Assembly (NCBI GenBank): GCA_033723415.1
Contig: JAWVXD010000010.1
Location: 11,797 to 75,796 of the forward strand
From: Sulfurospirillaceae bacterium
Lineage (GTDB): Bacteria; Campylobacterota; Campylobacteria; Campylobacterales; Sulfurospirillaceae
Direction of reading: 5' to 3'
DNA: 64,000 nucleotides
Positions 1 through 12,278 of the stretch are shown one piece after another. The notes below the pieces were generated by a model. That model saw nothing but the letters and a program-made list of their open reading frames with translations, did not search any database and was not told the origin of the DNA. The position numbers and the translations under genes were made by a program. Each line of letters begins with the position of its first letter. Within the stretch, counting starts at the first letter, position 1.

Positions 1-619
1 TCCAAGAAAATTGGATGCAGATAAAAGAATATGTCAGCTAGCAGGCGTTGATGCGATATTTATACCAAGCAGCACAGATATATATACGGATGTAGAGCCA
101 AAGATAACAGCTCCACAAAAACAAGGATATATGTTGGAAGGATTTTTGAGACCTGGACATTTTGACGGAGTTTTAAGAGTAGTGATGAAACTCTTGAACA
201 TAACAAGTCCTACAAATGCATACTTTGGTAAGAAAGATGCACAACAACTTTATCTTATACAAAATATGGTGAAATCTTTTTTTATGGACACGACCATAGT
301 TCCTTGTGAGATAGTACGAGAAAATGATGGCCTAGCACTGTCTAGCCGCAATATATATCTAAGTGATGAGGAAAAAGTACAGGCATTAAAAATATCAAAA
401 TCTTTAAAAGTTGCTTCAAGAGCTCTTATGAAAGAAGAATTTGACGTACAGAAAATCAAAGCTCTTATGATGGAAACATTAGAAGGTTTAGATGTAGAAT
501 ATGTAGAAATGGTGGATAGAGATTTTAACAAAATAGATAAGATCTCACTAAAACAAAGTATCATCTTGGTTGCTGCACGAGTCGGCAAAACAAGATTGAT
601 AGATAACATATGGATATAA
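1..619 (+). CDS. panC: pantoate--beta-alanine ligase (5'-truncated by window edge)
   Basis: [17 protein letters not shown], [14 protein letters not shown] motifs. Confidence 0.96.
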   Translation, partial: PRKLDADKRICQLAGVDAIFIPSSTDIYTDVEPKITAPQKQGYMLEGFLRPGHFDGVLRVVMKLLNITSPTNAYFGKKDAQQLYLIQNMVKSFFMDTTIVPCEIVRENDGLALSSRNIYLSDEEKVQALKISKSLKVASRALMKEEFDVQKIKALMMETLEGLDVEYVEMVDRDFNKIDKISLKQSIILVAARVGKTRLIDNIWI

Positions 620-621
620 AA

Positions 622-1935
622 ATGGAAAAAACGCTTTACTTAGTCTCTCTTGGCTGTAACAAGAATCTTGTAGATTCAGAAGTCATGCTAGGCAGACTGA
701 AAGATTATAAACTGATAAATGAACCATCCCTTGCAGATGTATTGATAGTAAATACCTGCGGTTTCATAGGAGCAGCTAAAGAAGAAAGTCTAAACACGAT
801 CTTTTCACTGCATGACCAAAGAAAAGAAGATTCCCTATTGGTAGTGAGCGGATGCTTGACGCAGCGATATCAAGAAGAATTGACCAAAGAATTAAAAGAG
901 GTAGACATCTTCACGGGAGTCGGTGATTATGACAAGATAGACGAGATAATAAATCAAAGGAAAAACGTCTTTTCAACCTCAACATATCTTATAGACGATG
1001 AACAAAGAGTTGTAACAGGTTCAAATTTTCACGCTTATGTAAAACTAAGCGAAGGCTGTAATCAAAGCTGTAGTTTTTGTGCGATCCCGGGCTTTAAAGG
1101 TAAATTAAAATCAAGAGAATTAGAATCTATACGCAAAGAGTTGGTCTCACTTGTCAATCAAGGATACTATGATTTCAGTTTTATCTCACAAGACAGCAGT
1201 TCCTACCTAAGAGATCTTGGTGTAAAAAACGGACTGATCGATTTTATAGACATGGTTGAAGGCATAGAGGGTGTGAAAAGCGCCAGGATCTTATATCTTT
1301 ATCCTACGACCGCTACAAATGAGCTGATTCAAAAGATCATAGATTCAAAAGTCTTTCATAATTATTTTGATATGCCGATACAACATATCAATGATGATAT
1401 GCTAAAGAGGATGAAGAGAGGCGCAGGCAAAAGCAGGATCATAGAACAATTGAACATGATGAGAAAAGCAGAAGACAGCTTCTTAAGAACCGGTTTTATC
1501 GTGGGACATCCTAACGAAAGCGATGCTGAATTTGACGAATTGTGTGATTTTGTGAAAGATTTTGATTTCGACCGTATCAGCATATTTGCATATTCTGATG
1601 AAGAAGACACTGCTGCCTATGAGATGGAAGGCAAAATCGACAAAAAAACAGTAGATCAAAGAATCAAAAAACTAAATAAGATAGTAGAAGACAAGATTCA
1701 AAAAAGCCTTCAAAATGAGATCGGCAAATATATAGTAATCGTCGCAGAGGGAGAAAGCAGCGAACATGAGTTTTTCATAGGAGCTAAAAAATTATCTTGG
1801 GATAGAGAGATAGACGGTGAGATCCTTGTCAATGAATCATTGGTAGGAGATGTTGAATTTGGAAAATGCTATCTTGCGAAAATTACCGAAATAGCAGGAG
1901 ATAAATTACTTGCGACAGTTACCAAACCTGCATGA
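622..1935 (+). CDS. rimO: ribosomal protein S12 methylthiotransferase
   Basis: [13 protein letters not shown]-terminus, NTCGFI, radical SAM CxxxCxxC (CNQSCSFC), C-terminal TRAM-like region. Confidence 0.95.
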   Translation: MEKTLYLVSLGCNKNLVDSEVMLGRLKDYKLINEPSLADVLIVNTCGFIGAAKEESLNTIFSLHDQRKEDSLLVVSGCLTQRYQEELTKELKEVDIFTGVGDYDKIDEIINQRKNVFSTSTYLIDDEQRVVTGSNFHAYVKLSEGCNQSCSFCAIPGFKGKLKSRELESIRKELVSLVNQGYYDFSFISQDSSSYLRDLGVKNGLIDFIDMVEGIEGVKSARILYLYPTTATNELIQKIIDSKVFHNYFDMPIQHINDDMLKRMKRGAGKSRIIEQLNMMRKAEDSFLRTGFIVGHPNESDAEFDELCDFVKDFDFDRISIFAYSDEEDTAAYEMEGKIDKKTVDQRIKKLNKIVEDKIQKSLQNEIGKYIVIVAEGESSEHEFFIGAKKLSWDREIDGEILVNESLVGDVEFGKCYLAKITEIAGDKLLATVTKPA

Positions 1936-2923
1936 TGCAGTTATAAAATCACTCAAAAATGGGAAAAATCTACTCGCCTTCTCAGGCGGAGTAGATTCCA
2001 GTGCACTATTTTTTATACTAAGATCTTATGAAGTCGAATTTGATCTGGCAATCGTTGACTACAACATAAGAGAACAAAGCAAAGAAGAAGTTGAATATGC
2101 CGGACAATTATGTTCAACATACGGAAAAACTATGTTCTTGCATAATTGCAAATTGGACGACTCAAATTTTGAGAGTAATGCAAGAGTTGAAAGATACGAT
2201 TTTTTTGAGAAAATCATAAAAGAAAACAATTATACAAATCTTATAACGGCACATCATCTAAATGATAAAGTAGAGTGGTTATTAATGCAATTTGCCAAAG
2301 GCAGCGGTTTAGTGGAGATGCTAGGCTTTGATAAGGTACAAGAGCGAGATGGATATAGTATTATAAGACCTCTATCGAATATAAGCAAAAAAGAATTGCA
2401 AAACTTTTTAGATATAAATAAAATCCAATACTTTATCGACAAGAGCAATACTTCAGATAAATATACAAGAAATAAGATCAGAAGTAAATATGCCAATGAC
2501 TTCGTAGATGAATTTGAAAAAGGAATCGTGAGAAGTTTTGAGTACCTCAGAAATGACGTAAACTTATTGACAAGCGAGAACAACATAAATGTAAAAGATC
2601 TATACATATGCAAAAGAGAGCCTGAAGATTTAAAGAATATAAGACAGATAGATAAACTTTTAAAAAAGTTAGGCGTTTTAATGAGTCATACACAAAGAGA
2701 TGAAGTTCTAAAAACCAAGGATTGTGTGGTCTCTCACAAGATTGTTGTTGCTTTTAGCGATGATCTGATCTTTATATCACCTTTTGTTCAAAAAAGTATG
2801 CCAAAAATATTTAAAGAAAGCTGCAGAATACATAAGATACCTACAAAAATAAGACCTTATATCTATAGTGAAGATATTGATGTCGTTACTTTGGTTGAGT
2901 TAATTTATAAACTTTTATCTTAA
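1910..2923 (+). CDS. tilS: tRNA(Ile)-lysidine synthetase
   Basis: [10 protein letters not shown]-loop, TAHHLND, IIRPL, DxSN...YTRNKIR. Confidence 0.93.
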   Translation: MRQLPNLHDAVIKSLKNGKNLLAFSGGVDSSALFFILRSYEVEFDLAIVDYNIREQSKEEVEYAGQLCSTYGKTMFLHNCKLDDSNFESNARVERYDFFEKIIKENNYTNLITAHHLNDKVEWLLMQFAKGSGLVEMLGFDKVQERDGYSIIRPLSNISKKELQNFLDINKIQYFIDKSNTSDKYTRNKIRSKYANDFVDEFEKGIVRSFEYLRNDVNLLTSENNINVKDLYICKREPEDLKNIRQIDKLLKKLGVLMSHTQRDEVLKTKDCVVSHKIVVAFSDDLIFISPFVQKSMPKIFKESCRIHKIPTKIRPYIYSEDIDVVTLVELIYKLLS

Positions 2924-3434
2924 ATGAGGATCGTATAAAATCTCCTGTAGCTCTCAATTCTATAGGGAAATCTGCTTGAACAATATTTTTATAGCGATTT
3001 AATCCATCTAAGAATTTATAAAAATTAACCGGTGTTTTCAGTGATGAAGTTACATTTAATTCATAAACTTTAAACTCTTTCTTATAATCACTCTGTTGTG
3101 TCTCTTTTAAAGATACATGACTAAAGAATTGATTTGCAAAACTTACAAACTCTTTTTTTGAAAAGTCATGTTTGAATGAATCAAATATTTTTTTATTTTT
3201 AGTTTTTAAATTTTTTAACTCTTTTTCTCTACTTGCAAGAACACTGTCCACTTTGGCTTTATATGCTGAAGCTCTGTTATACTCGCTTCTTGCGCTTCTA
3301 TATTGTTTTACATTAGGGACTATAAGTGAAAATAAAAGGACAATAGTGATCAATATAAAAACAGCGAAGAATATCAACATTTTTACGTAATTTATTTTTT
3401 CCACGCTTCTGTCTATTCTACTCACTAAATCCAT
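2886..3434 (-). CDS. PilO-like bitopic protein (flagellar motor cage-type, HP0273-like)
   Basis: single N-terminal TM, coiled coil, C-terminal NFYKFLDGLN...DFPI ferredoxin-like region; synteny with miaB-lpxJ. Confidence 0.65.
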   Translation of the reverse strand: MDLVSRIDRSVEKINYVKMLIFFAVFILITIVLLFSLIVPNVKQYRSARSEYNRASAYKAKVDSVLASREKELKNLKTKNKKIFDSFKHDFSKKEFVSFANQFFSHVSLKETQQSDYKKEFKVYELNVTSSLKTPVNFYKFLDGLNRYKNIVQADFPIELRATGDFIRSSFKIKVYKLTQPK

Positions 3435-3939
3435 CCGTTTGTGTTATTTTATTTGTACTTACAAAATTGTACCAGCCGTTTTTAGTTAGATAAAACATCG
3501 TACTGTTCGTACTAAAAATTGATTTCAAAGGCGCAGCCAAAAGAAAATTATAAGTATCTTTTGTAGGTGTTTTACCGTATATTATCAATGAATCTCTTTT
3601 AATGATAACTCTGTTTAAAGTGATTTGATCAGGTACCAGATCAAAAAGATTTTTTATACTGTTCTTTAAGAGCGTATTTCTTGAGTATATCTCCTCACCC
3701 AATGCTTTTTGACGTAGCAAATATTCTATATAATCATCCGTATTTTTAATTTTCTTTTCTAACATGACACGTTGATCATTCTTGATAAGTACTTCTTTTT
3801 TATAAGTGTGGATCTTATATAACAAGAATAAGCCAAAAGATATCAAAAGCAAAGAGACAAACGATATAAAAAGTAGCCATATCTTTGAAAATATAGAAAG
3901 CAACGGTTTTGGATACGGTTTTATAAAGCTATAGTTCAT
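3418..3939 (-). CDS. PilN-like bitopic protein (HP0272-like)
   Basis: MNYSFIKP start, one TM, coiled coil, LFDLVPDQITL..LIIYG PilN-like segment. Confidence 0.7.
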   Translation of the reverse strand: MNYSFIKPYPKPLLSIFSKIWLLFISFVSLLLISFGLFLLYKIHTYKKEVLIKNDQRVMLEKKIKNTDDYIEYLLRQKALGEEIYSRNTLLKNSIKNLFDLVPDQITLNRVIIKRDSLIIYGKTPTKDTYNFLLAAPLKSIFSTNSTMFYLTKNGWYNFVSTNKITQTDGFSE

Positions 3940-5008
3940 TATTAGCCTCTTTGATACTAAGGTCGCAAACAATCTCACTAACGTTTATCTTATATGTTTC
4001 AAGTGTAAGCAAAAGCTCATGTTCAATACTTTGCAATATCTCTTGACTCATATCGTATCCATCGAAAATTATCATTTTAGAGATAAAATCACTTTCATAT
4101 ATAGAGTTGCCGTAATACTCTCTTAAAGTTCTATTCAATATTTTATATATCTTCATATCTCTTCCATAGAGCTCAATATCTGACATATCTATTTCAACAT
4201 TGTCATATTCTGGATTTTCTTCTTCAGATATATGATCTTCTACTTCTTCTGTCACATCCAGAAATGTTTCGGTTGCTATTTTTTGAGTATCTGATTCTAG
4301 ATCTGTTAAATCTTCCAAGGCAGAGAACTCCTCCCCTATATCATCATCATTATTGGTATTAAGCAAATCCACATCATCTACTATATTAGTTTCTTCTTCT
4401 TCGTCTTCCCAGTCATCGATATTATTAAACTCATCTAAATTCGTATCCTCTGTCATTTTGGCAAAAACTCCAAAGGACAAAACACCGTCTTTAAAAATAC
4501 TTAAAGTGATAGAATCTTGCTGATTGAGCATATATAGCACTACATTTTTTTGCGGTCTGTGTTGAGAAAGCATATAATATAAAAGAACAAATGGTGAATA
4601 TATAAAATCAAGCCCTACATTGCTATAAATTTTATGAGCCCAATTGATATCAATAAATGACGCATAAGCCGACCAATTTTTAAATTTTACACTTTTTATG
4701 TTTTTGGCATCCACACTGAATTTTTCAAAATCCTCAGCTTCAACACCGTTTATAGCACCTTGTCCCATAGAGTCAAGAAGTAGAGAGATATAAGTAAAGT
4801 TGTATTCTTCTTGAAGAGAGATCAGATATTTTTCAAGCTTGGCATCTATTGTATCTACGCTTTCACTGCTGTCAAACTCTTTTTCAAATTTCGCTTTTAA
4901 TTTTCCATTCTTTATGACTTTACAGAAAACTATATAAGAGTTTTCCTTCGAAACAATAGAAACAAAAAGATTAGAAAAATATTTTCTGATTAAATTTGAA
5001 AAACTCAT
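3929..5008 (-). CDS. PilM-like cytoplasmic protein with acidic insertion (HP0271-like)
   Basis: DFIYSPF motif, acidic low-complexity middle, first gene of the M-N-O-like trio. Confidence 0.6.
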   Translation of the reverse strand: MSFSNLIRKYFSNLFVSIVSKENSYIVFCKVIKNGKLKAKFEKEFDSSESVDTIDAKLEKYLISLQEEYNFTYISLLLDSMGQGAINGVEAEDFEKFSVDAKNIKSVKFKNWSAYASFIDINWAHKIYSNVGLDFIYSPFVLLYYMLSQHRPQKNVVLYMLNQQDSITLSIFKDGVLSFGVFAKMTEDTNLDEFNNIDDWEDEEEETNIVDDVDLLNTNNDDDIGEEFSALEDLTDLESDTQKIATETFLDVTEEVEDHISEEENPEYDNVEIDMSDIELYGRDMKIYKILNRTLREYYGNSIYESDFISKMIIFDGYDMSQEILQSIEHELLLTLETYKINVSEIVCDLSIKEANNEL

Positions 5009-5103
5009 AAGCCCTTTTCTCTGCCTTTTTATGCTTAATATACCGATATATAAAATTTAAATAAAAATTCTTTGTGTATTTTAAGCTACATTTGCTTAAT
5101 AAT

Positions 5104-5121
5104 AAGCAAATGTAGTGCCAA
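5104..5121 (-). promoter_or_regulatory. sigma54 (-24/-12) promoter candidate for the pilMNO-like genes
   Basis: minus strand TTGGCACTACATTTGCTT = GG-N10-GC, matches TGGCAC-N5-TTGCT; overlaps a 13-bp inverted repeat at 5086-5115. Confidence 0.6.
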
Positions 5122-5270
5122 TTTCTCATAATTCTCTGTATAATACTGTAAATTTCTTATTTAGATTTTTCATATATTCTATATCAAGCTTGATTTATCA
5201 CTTTTATAAAAAATCGCTTTTAATACTGTGATATAAAAATCAATAATGCAATAAAGCAATTAAAACTACT

Positions 5271-5903
5271 TTAGACAGCATGAACCATGAGTCTTTCTTT
5301 GATTATATTTTTTGCATCATCCATCAACAAATCATCAACTAAAAAAGAATCGCCTAAATAAAAATCTACAGTTGAAAAAGGTTTTGGTATAACAAATTTG
5401 TCCCAGCTCTTTATCTGCCAAAATGAAGACGGTTGAAAATTTAAAGTCATGATCGGAACTTGTTTCCTTTGAGACACTATAACTATCCCATCAGCCACAC
5501 TGTGCCTGGGTCCTCTGGGACCATCAGGTGTTATTCCTATATTTTTTCCCATTTCAATCGCTTTGAAAGCTTGTCTCAAAGCTTTTATGCCGCCTCTTGT
5601 CGAGCTTCCTCTAATACTACCCTCACCAAATAAAGCGATAGTTCTGGCAATAATTTCACCGTCCTTGTGCTCGCTGATCAAAAAATCAATATTCATATTT
5701 TTTTTACATATTTGATATAGTCCCATAGTAGCCAAAATTTCACCATGCCAAAAAGCAACGATCAAAGGGGAAGGTAACTTATCCAATGCAGTATTTGAAT
5801 GAATCCTCTTTTTGCAAGTCAATAATAAAATACTAATGAAAACATAAAGAACTTTTGGTGTTACCCATAGCAAGATATTTTTTTTTAATTCCTTAAAGAA
5901 CAA
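5271..5903 (-). CDS. lpxJ: DUF374 lysophospholipid/lipid A acyltransferase (LpxJ-like)
   Basis: [39 protein letters not shown]. Confidence 0.8.
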   Translation of the reverse strand: MFFKELKKNILLWVTPKVLYVFISILLLTCKKRIHSNTALDKLPSPLIVAFWHGEILATMGLYQICKKNMNIDFLISEHKDGEIIARTIALFGEGSIRGSSTRGGIKALRQAFKAIEMGKNIGITPDGPRGPRHSVADGIVIVSQRKQVPIMTLNFQPSSFWQIKSWDKFVIPKPFSTVDFYLGDSFLVDDLLMDDAKNIIKERLMVHAV

Positions 5904-7197
5904 CTTCGCCGTACAAAGATAAACGCTTAGGATTTGTGATCTTTACTTTCATAGTGTTTCCTAACCACTCTTCTTTGCCCTCTACTTGGACTAGTGCATT
6001 ATTGTCGCTTTTACCAGCTAATAAACCGCTACTTCTAAGCTCTTCAAAATACACTAAATACTCTTTATTTAATTTAGTTTTTGATATTTCATCTAAGATC
6101 TTTTCTTGTTTATCTTGCAAAACTTGTAATCTTTGAGATGCCACTTCACTATCTATAGCATTTGTAAATTCGGCTGCTTTTGTCAACGGTCTTGGAGAGT
6201 ATTTGAAAGAAAATATCTGTTCAAATTTCACCTTTTCCATCACATCCAACGTATCTTCGAAATCTTTATCACTCTCGCCCGGAAAACCTACTATGATATC
6301 CGTGCTTATGGATACCTCCGGACATAATTCCCTAAGCTTTAAAGCTCGATTCAAAAACCACTCTTTTGTATATCCTCTTTTCATGCTTTCTAAAAGCTTG
6401 GTAGATCCGCTTTGCAGAGGCATGTGCATAGACTTGCATATCTTTGGATTATTTACAAAAGTTTCCAAGAACTTATCGTCCATATGTAGTGGATGAGGAG
6501 AAGTAAAACGAATCCTCTCAACACCTTCAACTTCACTTACCATGTTAAGTAAATCACTAAAATCAAGCTTTTGATGTGATGGATTTGAAAATCTTCTACC
6601 ATAATTGTTTACGTTTTGACCAAGTAAAAATATCTCTTTTGCGCCGTTGTTAGAAGCCTTTTTGACTTCGTTGATAATTAGTTCGGCAGGTATTGAAATC
6701 TCTTCACCTCTAGTGTGAGGTACTATGCAATATGTACATTTTTTATCACAGCCTATTGAAATATTTATAAATGCCTTGTATTTATTATTTCTAAATTCGC
6801 TAAAAGCATAAGCACTCTCGTCATAATCAATATCTACGCTGATAAACTTATCTTCATTTACCGCTTTTGAGATTTTTGATACATTTCTTGCACCTAATAC
6901 AAAATTTACTTCCGGAGCTCTTTTAAATATCTGCTCTCCTAAGTGACTGGCTGTACACCCGCACACACCGATCTTTGCACCGTCTTTTTTCTTTTTATTA
7001 AATACGCCTATCTCGGAGAACAGCTTGCTAACAGGCTTTTCTCTGACACTGCAAGTATTTATAAGAATCAGATCAGCCTGACTTGCATCATTAGTTAAAG
7101 AATAATTTTCTTTATCTTTAAGTTCTGCTATCATATGCTCACTATCTCTAGTGTTCATAGCACAACCTAAGGTTTCAATATACAGTTTCTTTGACAA
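5893..7197 (-). CDS. miaB: tRNA-i6A37 methylthiotransferase
   Basis: TLGCAMNxx[40 protein letters not shown]. Confidence 0.96.
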   Translation of the reverse strand: MSKKLYIETLGCAMNTRDSEHMIAELKDKENYSLTNDASQADLILINTCSVREKPVSKLFSEIGVFNKKKKDGAKIGVCGCTASHLGEQIFKRAPEVNFVLGARNVSKISKAVNEDKFISVDIDYDESAYAFSEFRNNKYKAFINISIGCDKKCTYCIVPHTRGEEISIPAELIINEVKKASNNGAKEIFLLGQNVNNYGRRFSNPSHQKLDFSDLLNMVSEVEGVERIRFTSPHPLHMDDKFLETFVNNPKICKSMHMPLQSGSTKLLESMKRGYTKEWFLNRALKLRELCPEVSISTDIIVGFPGESDKDFEDTLDVMEKVKFEQIFSFKYSPRPLTKAAEFTNAIDSEVASQRLQVLQDKQEKILDEISKTKLNKEYLVYFEELRSSGLLAGKSDNNALVQVEGKEEWLGNTMKVKITNPKRLSLYGEVVL

Positions 7198-7205
7198 GTC
7201 GAATC

Positions 7206-7448
7206 CTAAAGTATGTGTATTTCATACATATAATCATCGTCTCCAAGTCCATACTTCACTTCTCTTAGGTAAACGCTGCATTCATTTTCTTCAAAATACT
7301 CAACTAAGGCAACTAAGTCTTTATGAGAGTTTTCTTTATCAAAATAAAATATCTTTTGTCCATCTTTTTGAACACTTTCCATAATTTTTTCTAATTTTAT
7401 AGTTTTTGGCTTTGCGTCTAGCTCTCTTCTTGCTAATTTAAGTTCCAT
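7206..7448 (-). CDS. HP0268-family small nuclease
   Basis: MELKLAR...FYFDKEN...YLREVKYGL...YEIH; position upstream of miaB. Confidence 0.85.
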   Translation of the reverse strand: MELKLARRELDAKPKTIKLEKIMESVQKDGQKIFYFDKENSHKDLVALVEYFEENECSVYLREVKYGLGDDDYMYEIHIL

Positions 7449-7569
7449 TTTTACCTTCTTTGTTAAACAATATTATGTCTCAAAACCCGAGACATAGAAT
7501 CACGATATTCTATCTTTTTTTGTATAAATTACGGATTAAAGCAATCTGTACTTCGCTAATCTCATAATT

Positions 7570-8181
7570 TCAATAAATCAAAGGCACAAATCTAAAGCCG
7601 ATATATTCGCTTTTCTGAATACTTAAATCAGGCATTTTTTTAAATCTAAAAATTGAATTTTTTACAGGAACTACAAGTACTCCACCTGCGTTAAGTTGCT
7701 CAAATAATTCAACCGGAATTTGTGGAGCACTTGCCGAAACCAAAATTCTATCAAACTTTTTTTTTGGTTTTCCGAGCAATTCCGTAGCCAACTCGATCTT
7801 GGTATTTTTAAAATCAAAAAAAGCTAGATTTTTTTGTCCGACTTCTACCAATTTTTCAACTCTTTCTACCCCTGTTACTTCTCCATCTTTTCCTACAATC
7901 TCACTTAAAAGTGCAGTCGTCCATCCTGAACCTGAGCCTATATCTAAGACTTTATTTCCTTCTTTGGCATCAAGCAGTTCAAGCATAAATGCTACGGTAC
8001 TTGGCTGAGAAATCGTTTGGTCCTTTCCTATAGGTAATGGATAATCTCCATAAATTTCAGTAGAAAAATATTCAGGCACAAAATATTTTCTATCAATATT
8101 CTCAAAAGCTTTGATGATCTTTCCGCTTTTTAGTACTCCTGATTGAACCATATTAAAAATAAGCTCTTTATTTGTACTCAT
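7570..8181 (-). CDS. pcm: protein-L-isoaspartate O-methyltransferase
   Basis: PLPIGxxQTISQP, VLDIGSGSGW, FDRILVSA, FRFVPL. Confidence 0.92.
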   Translation of the reverse strand: MSTNKELIFNMVQSGVLKSGKIIKAFENIDRKYFVPEYFSTEIYGDYPLPIGKDQTISQPSTVAFMLELLDAKEGNKVLDIGSGSGWTTALLSEIVGKDGEVTGVERVEKLVEVGQKNLAFFDFKNTKIELATELLGKPKKKFDRILVSASAPQIPVELFEQLNAGGVLVVPVKNSIFRFKKMPDLSIQKSEYIGFRFVPLIY

Positions 8182-8226
8182 TGTTTTGCCTTTTCTTTAA
8201 TTTTAAAGCAAATTTTATCTTTACCT

Positions 8227-8267
8227 TTATCAGCTAAACTATACTTAGTCTTATCGGCTAAACTATA
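8227..8267. repeat. 17-bp direct repeat (1 mismatch, 24-bp period) between pcm and nusA
   Basis: ttatcagctaaactata 8227-8243 and ttatcggctaaactata 8251-8267. Confidence 0.85.
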
Positions 8268-8483
8268 AAGATATATTATCACTTTTTTTCGACTGATGCA
8301 ATAGTTAAATAAAGTTTTCTAAATCTTATTAAGTGAAAACCAGGCTTGCCACTTGAATAAAAAAGACTTTTCAGATATAATTATTATCTTCATGCTCGCA
8401 ATTATTGAGAATTCCAAAGTTTACCGTGTTATGTTGCGAAAAATATATTGGCATTTTTATATGCTTAAAAAAGAGGTAGAAAA

Positions 8484-9590
8484 TTGAGTAAAATATTAGA
8501 TATCATCGAGTCTATAGCAAATGAAAAGGGCTTAGCTATAAATGAAGTCAAAGAGACCGTAACTACGGCTCTTGTAAATACTGCAAAAAAAATTTACGGC
8601 AGAGAGTATGAATACGGTGCAGAAATAAACCCTGAGACAAAAAGCTTGAAGTTATATCAAAAGGTTATAGTTTTAAATGATAATGATGAAAGATTACAAG
8701 AAGAAAATGAAAACTACATTTCTCTCAAAGAAGCAAAAGAAGTTGACCCTGAGATAGAAATCAATGATGAATTGACATATGAATTGCCTCTTGATAACTT
8801 AGGCAGAACGGCAGCTGCTACTTTGCAAAGAGAATTAGAATTTCATATCCAGAGATTACTTGAAGCTAAAATCTTCGATAAATACAAAAACATGGTAAAC
8901 CATAGAGTATTTGGAACAGTTGTAAGAATTGATAATGAAGAAAATACATATATAGAAATAGATGAAGTAAGAGCTATTTTACCACGTAAAAGTAGAATCA
9001 AGGGTGAAAAATTTAAAGTAGGAGATGTTGTTAAAAGCGTCATAAGAAAAGTTTTTATTGATAAGACTCAAGGCATAGTAGTTGAGCTTTCAAGAACAAG
9101 TCCAAAATTTTTAGAAGCACTTTTGCAACTTGAAGTACCAGAGATAAAAGACGGACTTATAGAGATAAATTCATCTGCAAGAATCCCTGGAGAGAGAGCC
9201 AAAATCGCTCTTACTTCTCTACATCCAAACGTAGATGCAGTTGGAGCAACAGTAGGAACCAGAGGTGTAAGGATTAACTCTATAAGCAAAGAACTACATG
9301 GCGAAAATATAGACTGTATAGAATACTCTAATATCCCTGAGATCTTTATAGCGAAAGCTTTAAGCCCTGCGATCATATCTAGCGTAAAGATCATAAGTGA
9401 TAAAAAAGCCTTGGTTACTCTTTTGGCTGATCAAAAATCAAAAGCCATAGGTAAAAGCGGTATAAATATAAGACTTACTTCTATGCTTACAGGCTATGAA
9501 ATAGAACTGCAAGAAAAAGAAGGAACAACTTCATCTGATGCCAACGAAGTAAAAGATCCAAATGCACTAAAAAATCTGTTTGGAAGCTAA
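8484..9590 (+). CDS. nusA: transcription termination factor NusA
   Basis: TTG start with GAGG RBS; GRTAA, S1 domain, LSRTSP, ARIPGERAK, KH domains (AIGKSGINIRL). Confidence 0.96.
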   Translation: MSKILDIIESIANEKGLAINEVKETVTTALVNTAKKIYGREYEYGAEINPETKSLKLYQKVIVLNDNDERLQEENENYISLKEAKEVDPEIEINDELTYELPLDNLGRTAAATLQRELEFHIQRLLEAKIFDKYKNMVNHRVFGTVVRIDNEENTYIEIDEVRAILPRKSRIKGEKFKVGDVVKSVIRKVFIDKTQGIVVELSRTSPKFLEALLQLEVPEIKDGLIEINSSARIPGERAKIALTSLHPNVDAVGATVGTRGVRINSISKELHGENIDCIEYSNIPEIFIAKALSPAIISSVKIISDKKALVTLLADQKSKAIGKSGINIRLTSMLTGYEIELQEKEGTTSSDANEVKDPNALKNLFGS

Positions 9591-9594
9591 AAAA

Positions 9595-9623
9595 GAATCC
9601 TTTATGCCTTGCATAAAGGATTC
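9595..9623. terminator. hairpin terminator between nusA and the convergent operon
   Basis: 13-bp perfect IR gaatcctttatgc/gcataaaggattc; A-run on the left gives a U-tail on the minus strand. Confidence 0.8.
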
Positions 9624-9630
9624 AAGACAA

Positions 9631-9780
9631 CTATTCTGTTTTCTTTTCTACGTAATTAGCGCCATTATGAAGCTTTTCTTTTGTCCAGTTTACTCCGGTT
9701 TTTGTATCTTGTTTGATACCTTCCCAGGTTGCACATCCACTCATAAACAACACTGTTACAGCAATTAATATATATTTCAT
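9631..9780 (-). CDS. 49-aa lipoprotein, entericidin EcnA/B-like (below ORF track cutoff)
   Basis: MKYILIAVTVLFMSGCATWEGIKQDTKTGVNWTKEKLHNGANYVEKKTE; lipobox MSG-C; AGGAG RBS inside the end of the upstream permease gene. Confidence 0.8.
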   Translation of the reverse strand: MKYILIAVTVLFMSGCATWEGIKQDTKTGVNWTKEKLHNGANYVEKKTE

Positions 9781-9781
9781 T

Positions 9782-10744
9782 TTATCTCCTATTTGAAAAT
9801 GGATTTAATTTTAAGAGCACTAAATCAGCAATAACGTTGCCGATAAGTGTCAAAAAAGCAGAGATTATCAAAATACCCATGATAACCGGATAATCTCTAC
9901 TTAATGCACTTTGATAAAATAACAACCCCATTCCGTTAATAGAAAAAATTGACTCCAAAATAACACTACCTCCGATAAGCCCGGGCAGTGACAATCCTAA
10001 AATCGTAACAACAGAAGGTGATAGGTTTGGGAGGATATATCGCCAAAATATATCTTTCTGGCTAATACCTCTTGATTTTGCAAAAAAGATATAATCACTT
10101 TTTAGGATATTAATACTCAAACTCCTGACATACATAGCCAAACTGCCCACTCCTGCAAAAACCATGACGAATATAGGCAATACCAGATGCCATGCCATAT
10201 CCATATAATAATCAAATCCTTCCAGTTTTGTTGGAGAATGTAATCCTGATATAGGAAATAGTTTCCACTTTACGGCAAATAGTATAACAAGCACAAGAGC
10301 AAGATAAAAAGATGGCATAGCATAACTAACCAATGAGAAATTTTTTACGCTCATATCGTATTTGCTGTTTTGTTTAAAAGCAGATTTGATACCCAGATAC
10401 AAGGAGATAACAAAAACTAAAATCATACTGATAACGTTCATTATCAAGGTGATAGATATACGGGACAATATCTCATCCTTGACCATTTTACCGCTGGCAA
10501 ACGAGATTCCAAAATCAAGATGGACTATAGCATTCAGCCAAGAAAAGAATTGTACAGGAAGAGTTTTATCCAGCCCATATACTTTTTTAAGCTGTTCTAT
10601 AGATTGCTGTGTAATATTTGGATTTAGCTCTCCGCTTGCAAAAAAAGAGTTTGGTGCCAAATGAATAGCACCAAATGATATAATAGATATAATTAAAAGC
10701 ATCAGCACTATATAAGATATCTTCTTTAGTGCCAATTTAATCAT
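9782..10744 (-). CDS. peptide/nickel ABC transporter permease (DppB/OppB family)
   Basis: YGLDK, DFGxSF, EAA-loop (DYIFFAKSRG), GGSVILESIF, RDYPVIMG. Confidence 0.9.
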   Translation of the reverse strand: MIKLALKKISYIVLMLLIISIISFGAIHLAPNSFFASGELNPNITQQSIEQLKKVYGLDKTLPVQFFSWLNAIVHLDFGISFASGKMVKDEILSRISITLIMNVISMILVFVISLYLGIKSAFKQNSKYDMSVKNFSLVSYAMPSFYLALVLVILFAVKWKLFPISGLHSPTKLEGFDYYMDMAWHLVLPIFVMVFAGVGSLAMYVRSLSINILKSDYIFFAKSRGISQKDIFWRYILPNLSPSVVTILGLSLPGLIGGSVILESIFSINGMGLLFYQSALSRDYPVIMGILIISAFLTLIGNVIADLVLLKLNPFSNRR

Positions 10745-10747
10745 AAT

Positions 10748-12274
<1,527 letters not shown>

Positions 12275-12278
<4 letters not shown>

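Noticed and set aside
9580..9768. 62-aa plus-strand ORF
   Set aside because: Spans the terminator and is antisense to the better-supported lipoprotein ORF.
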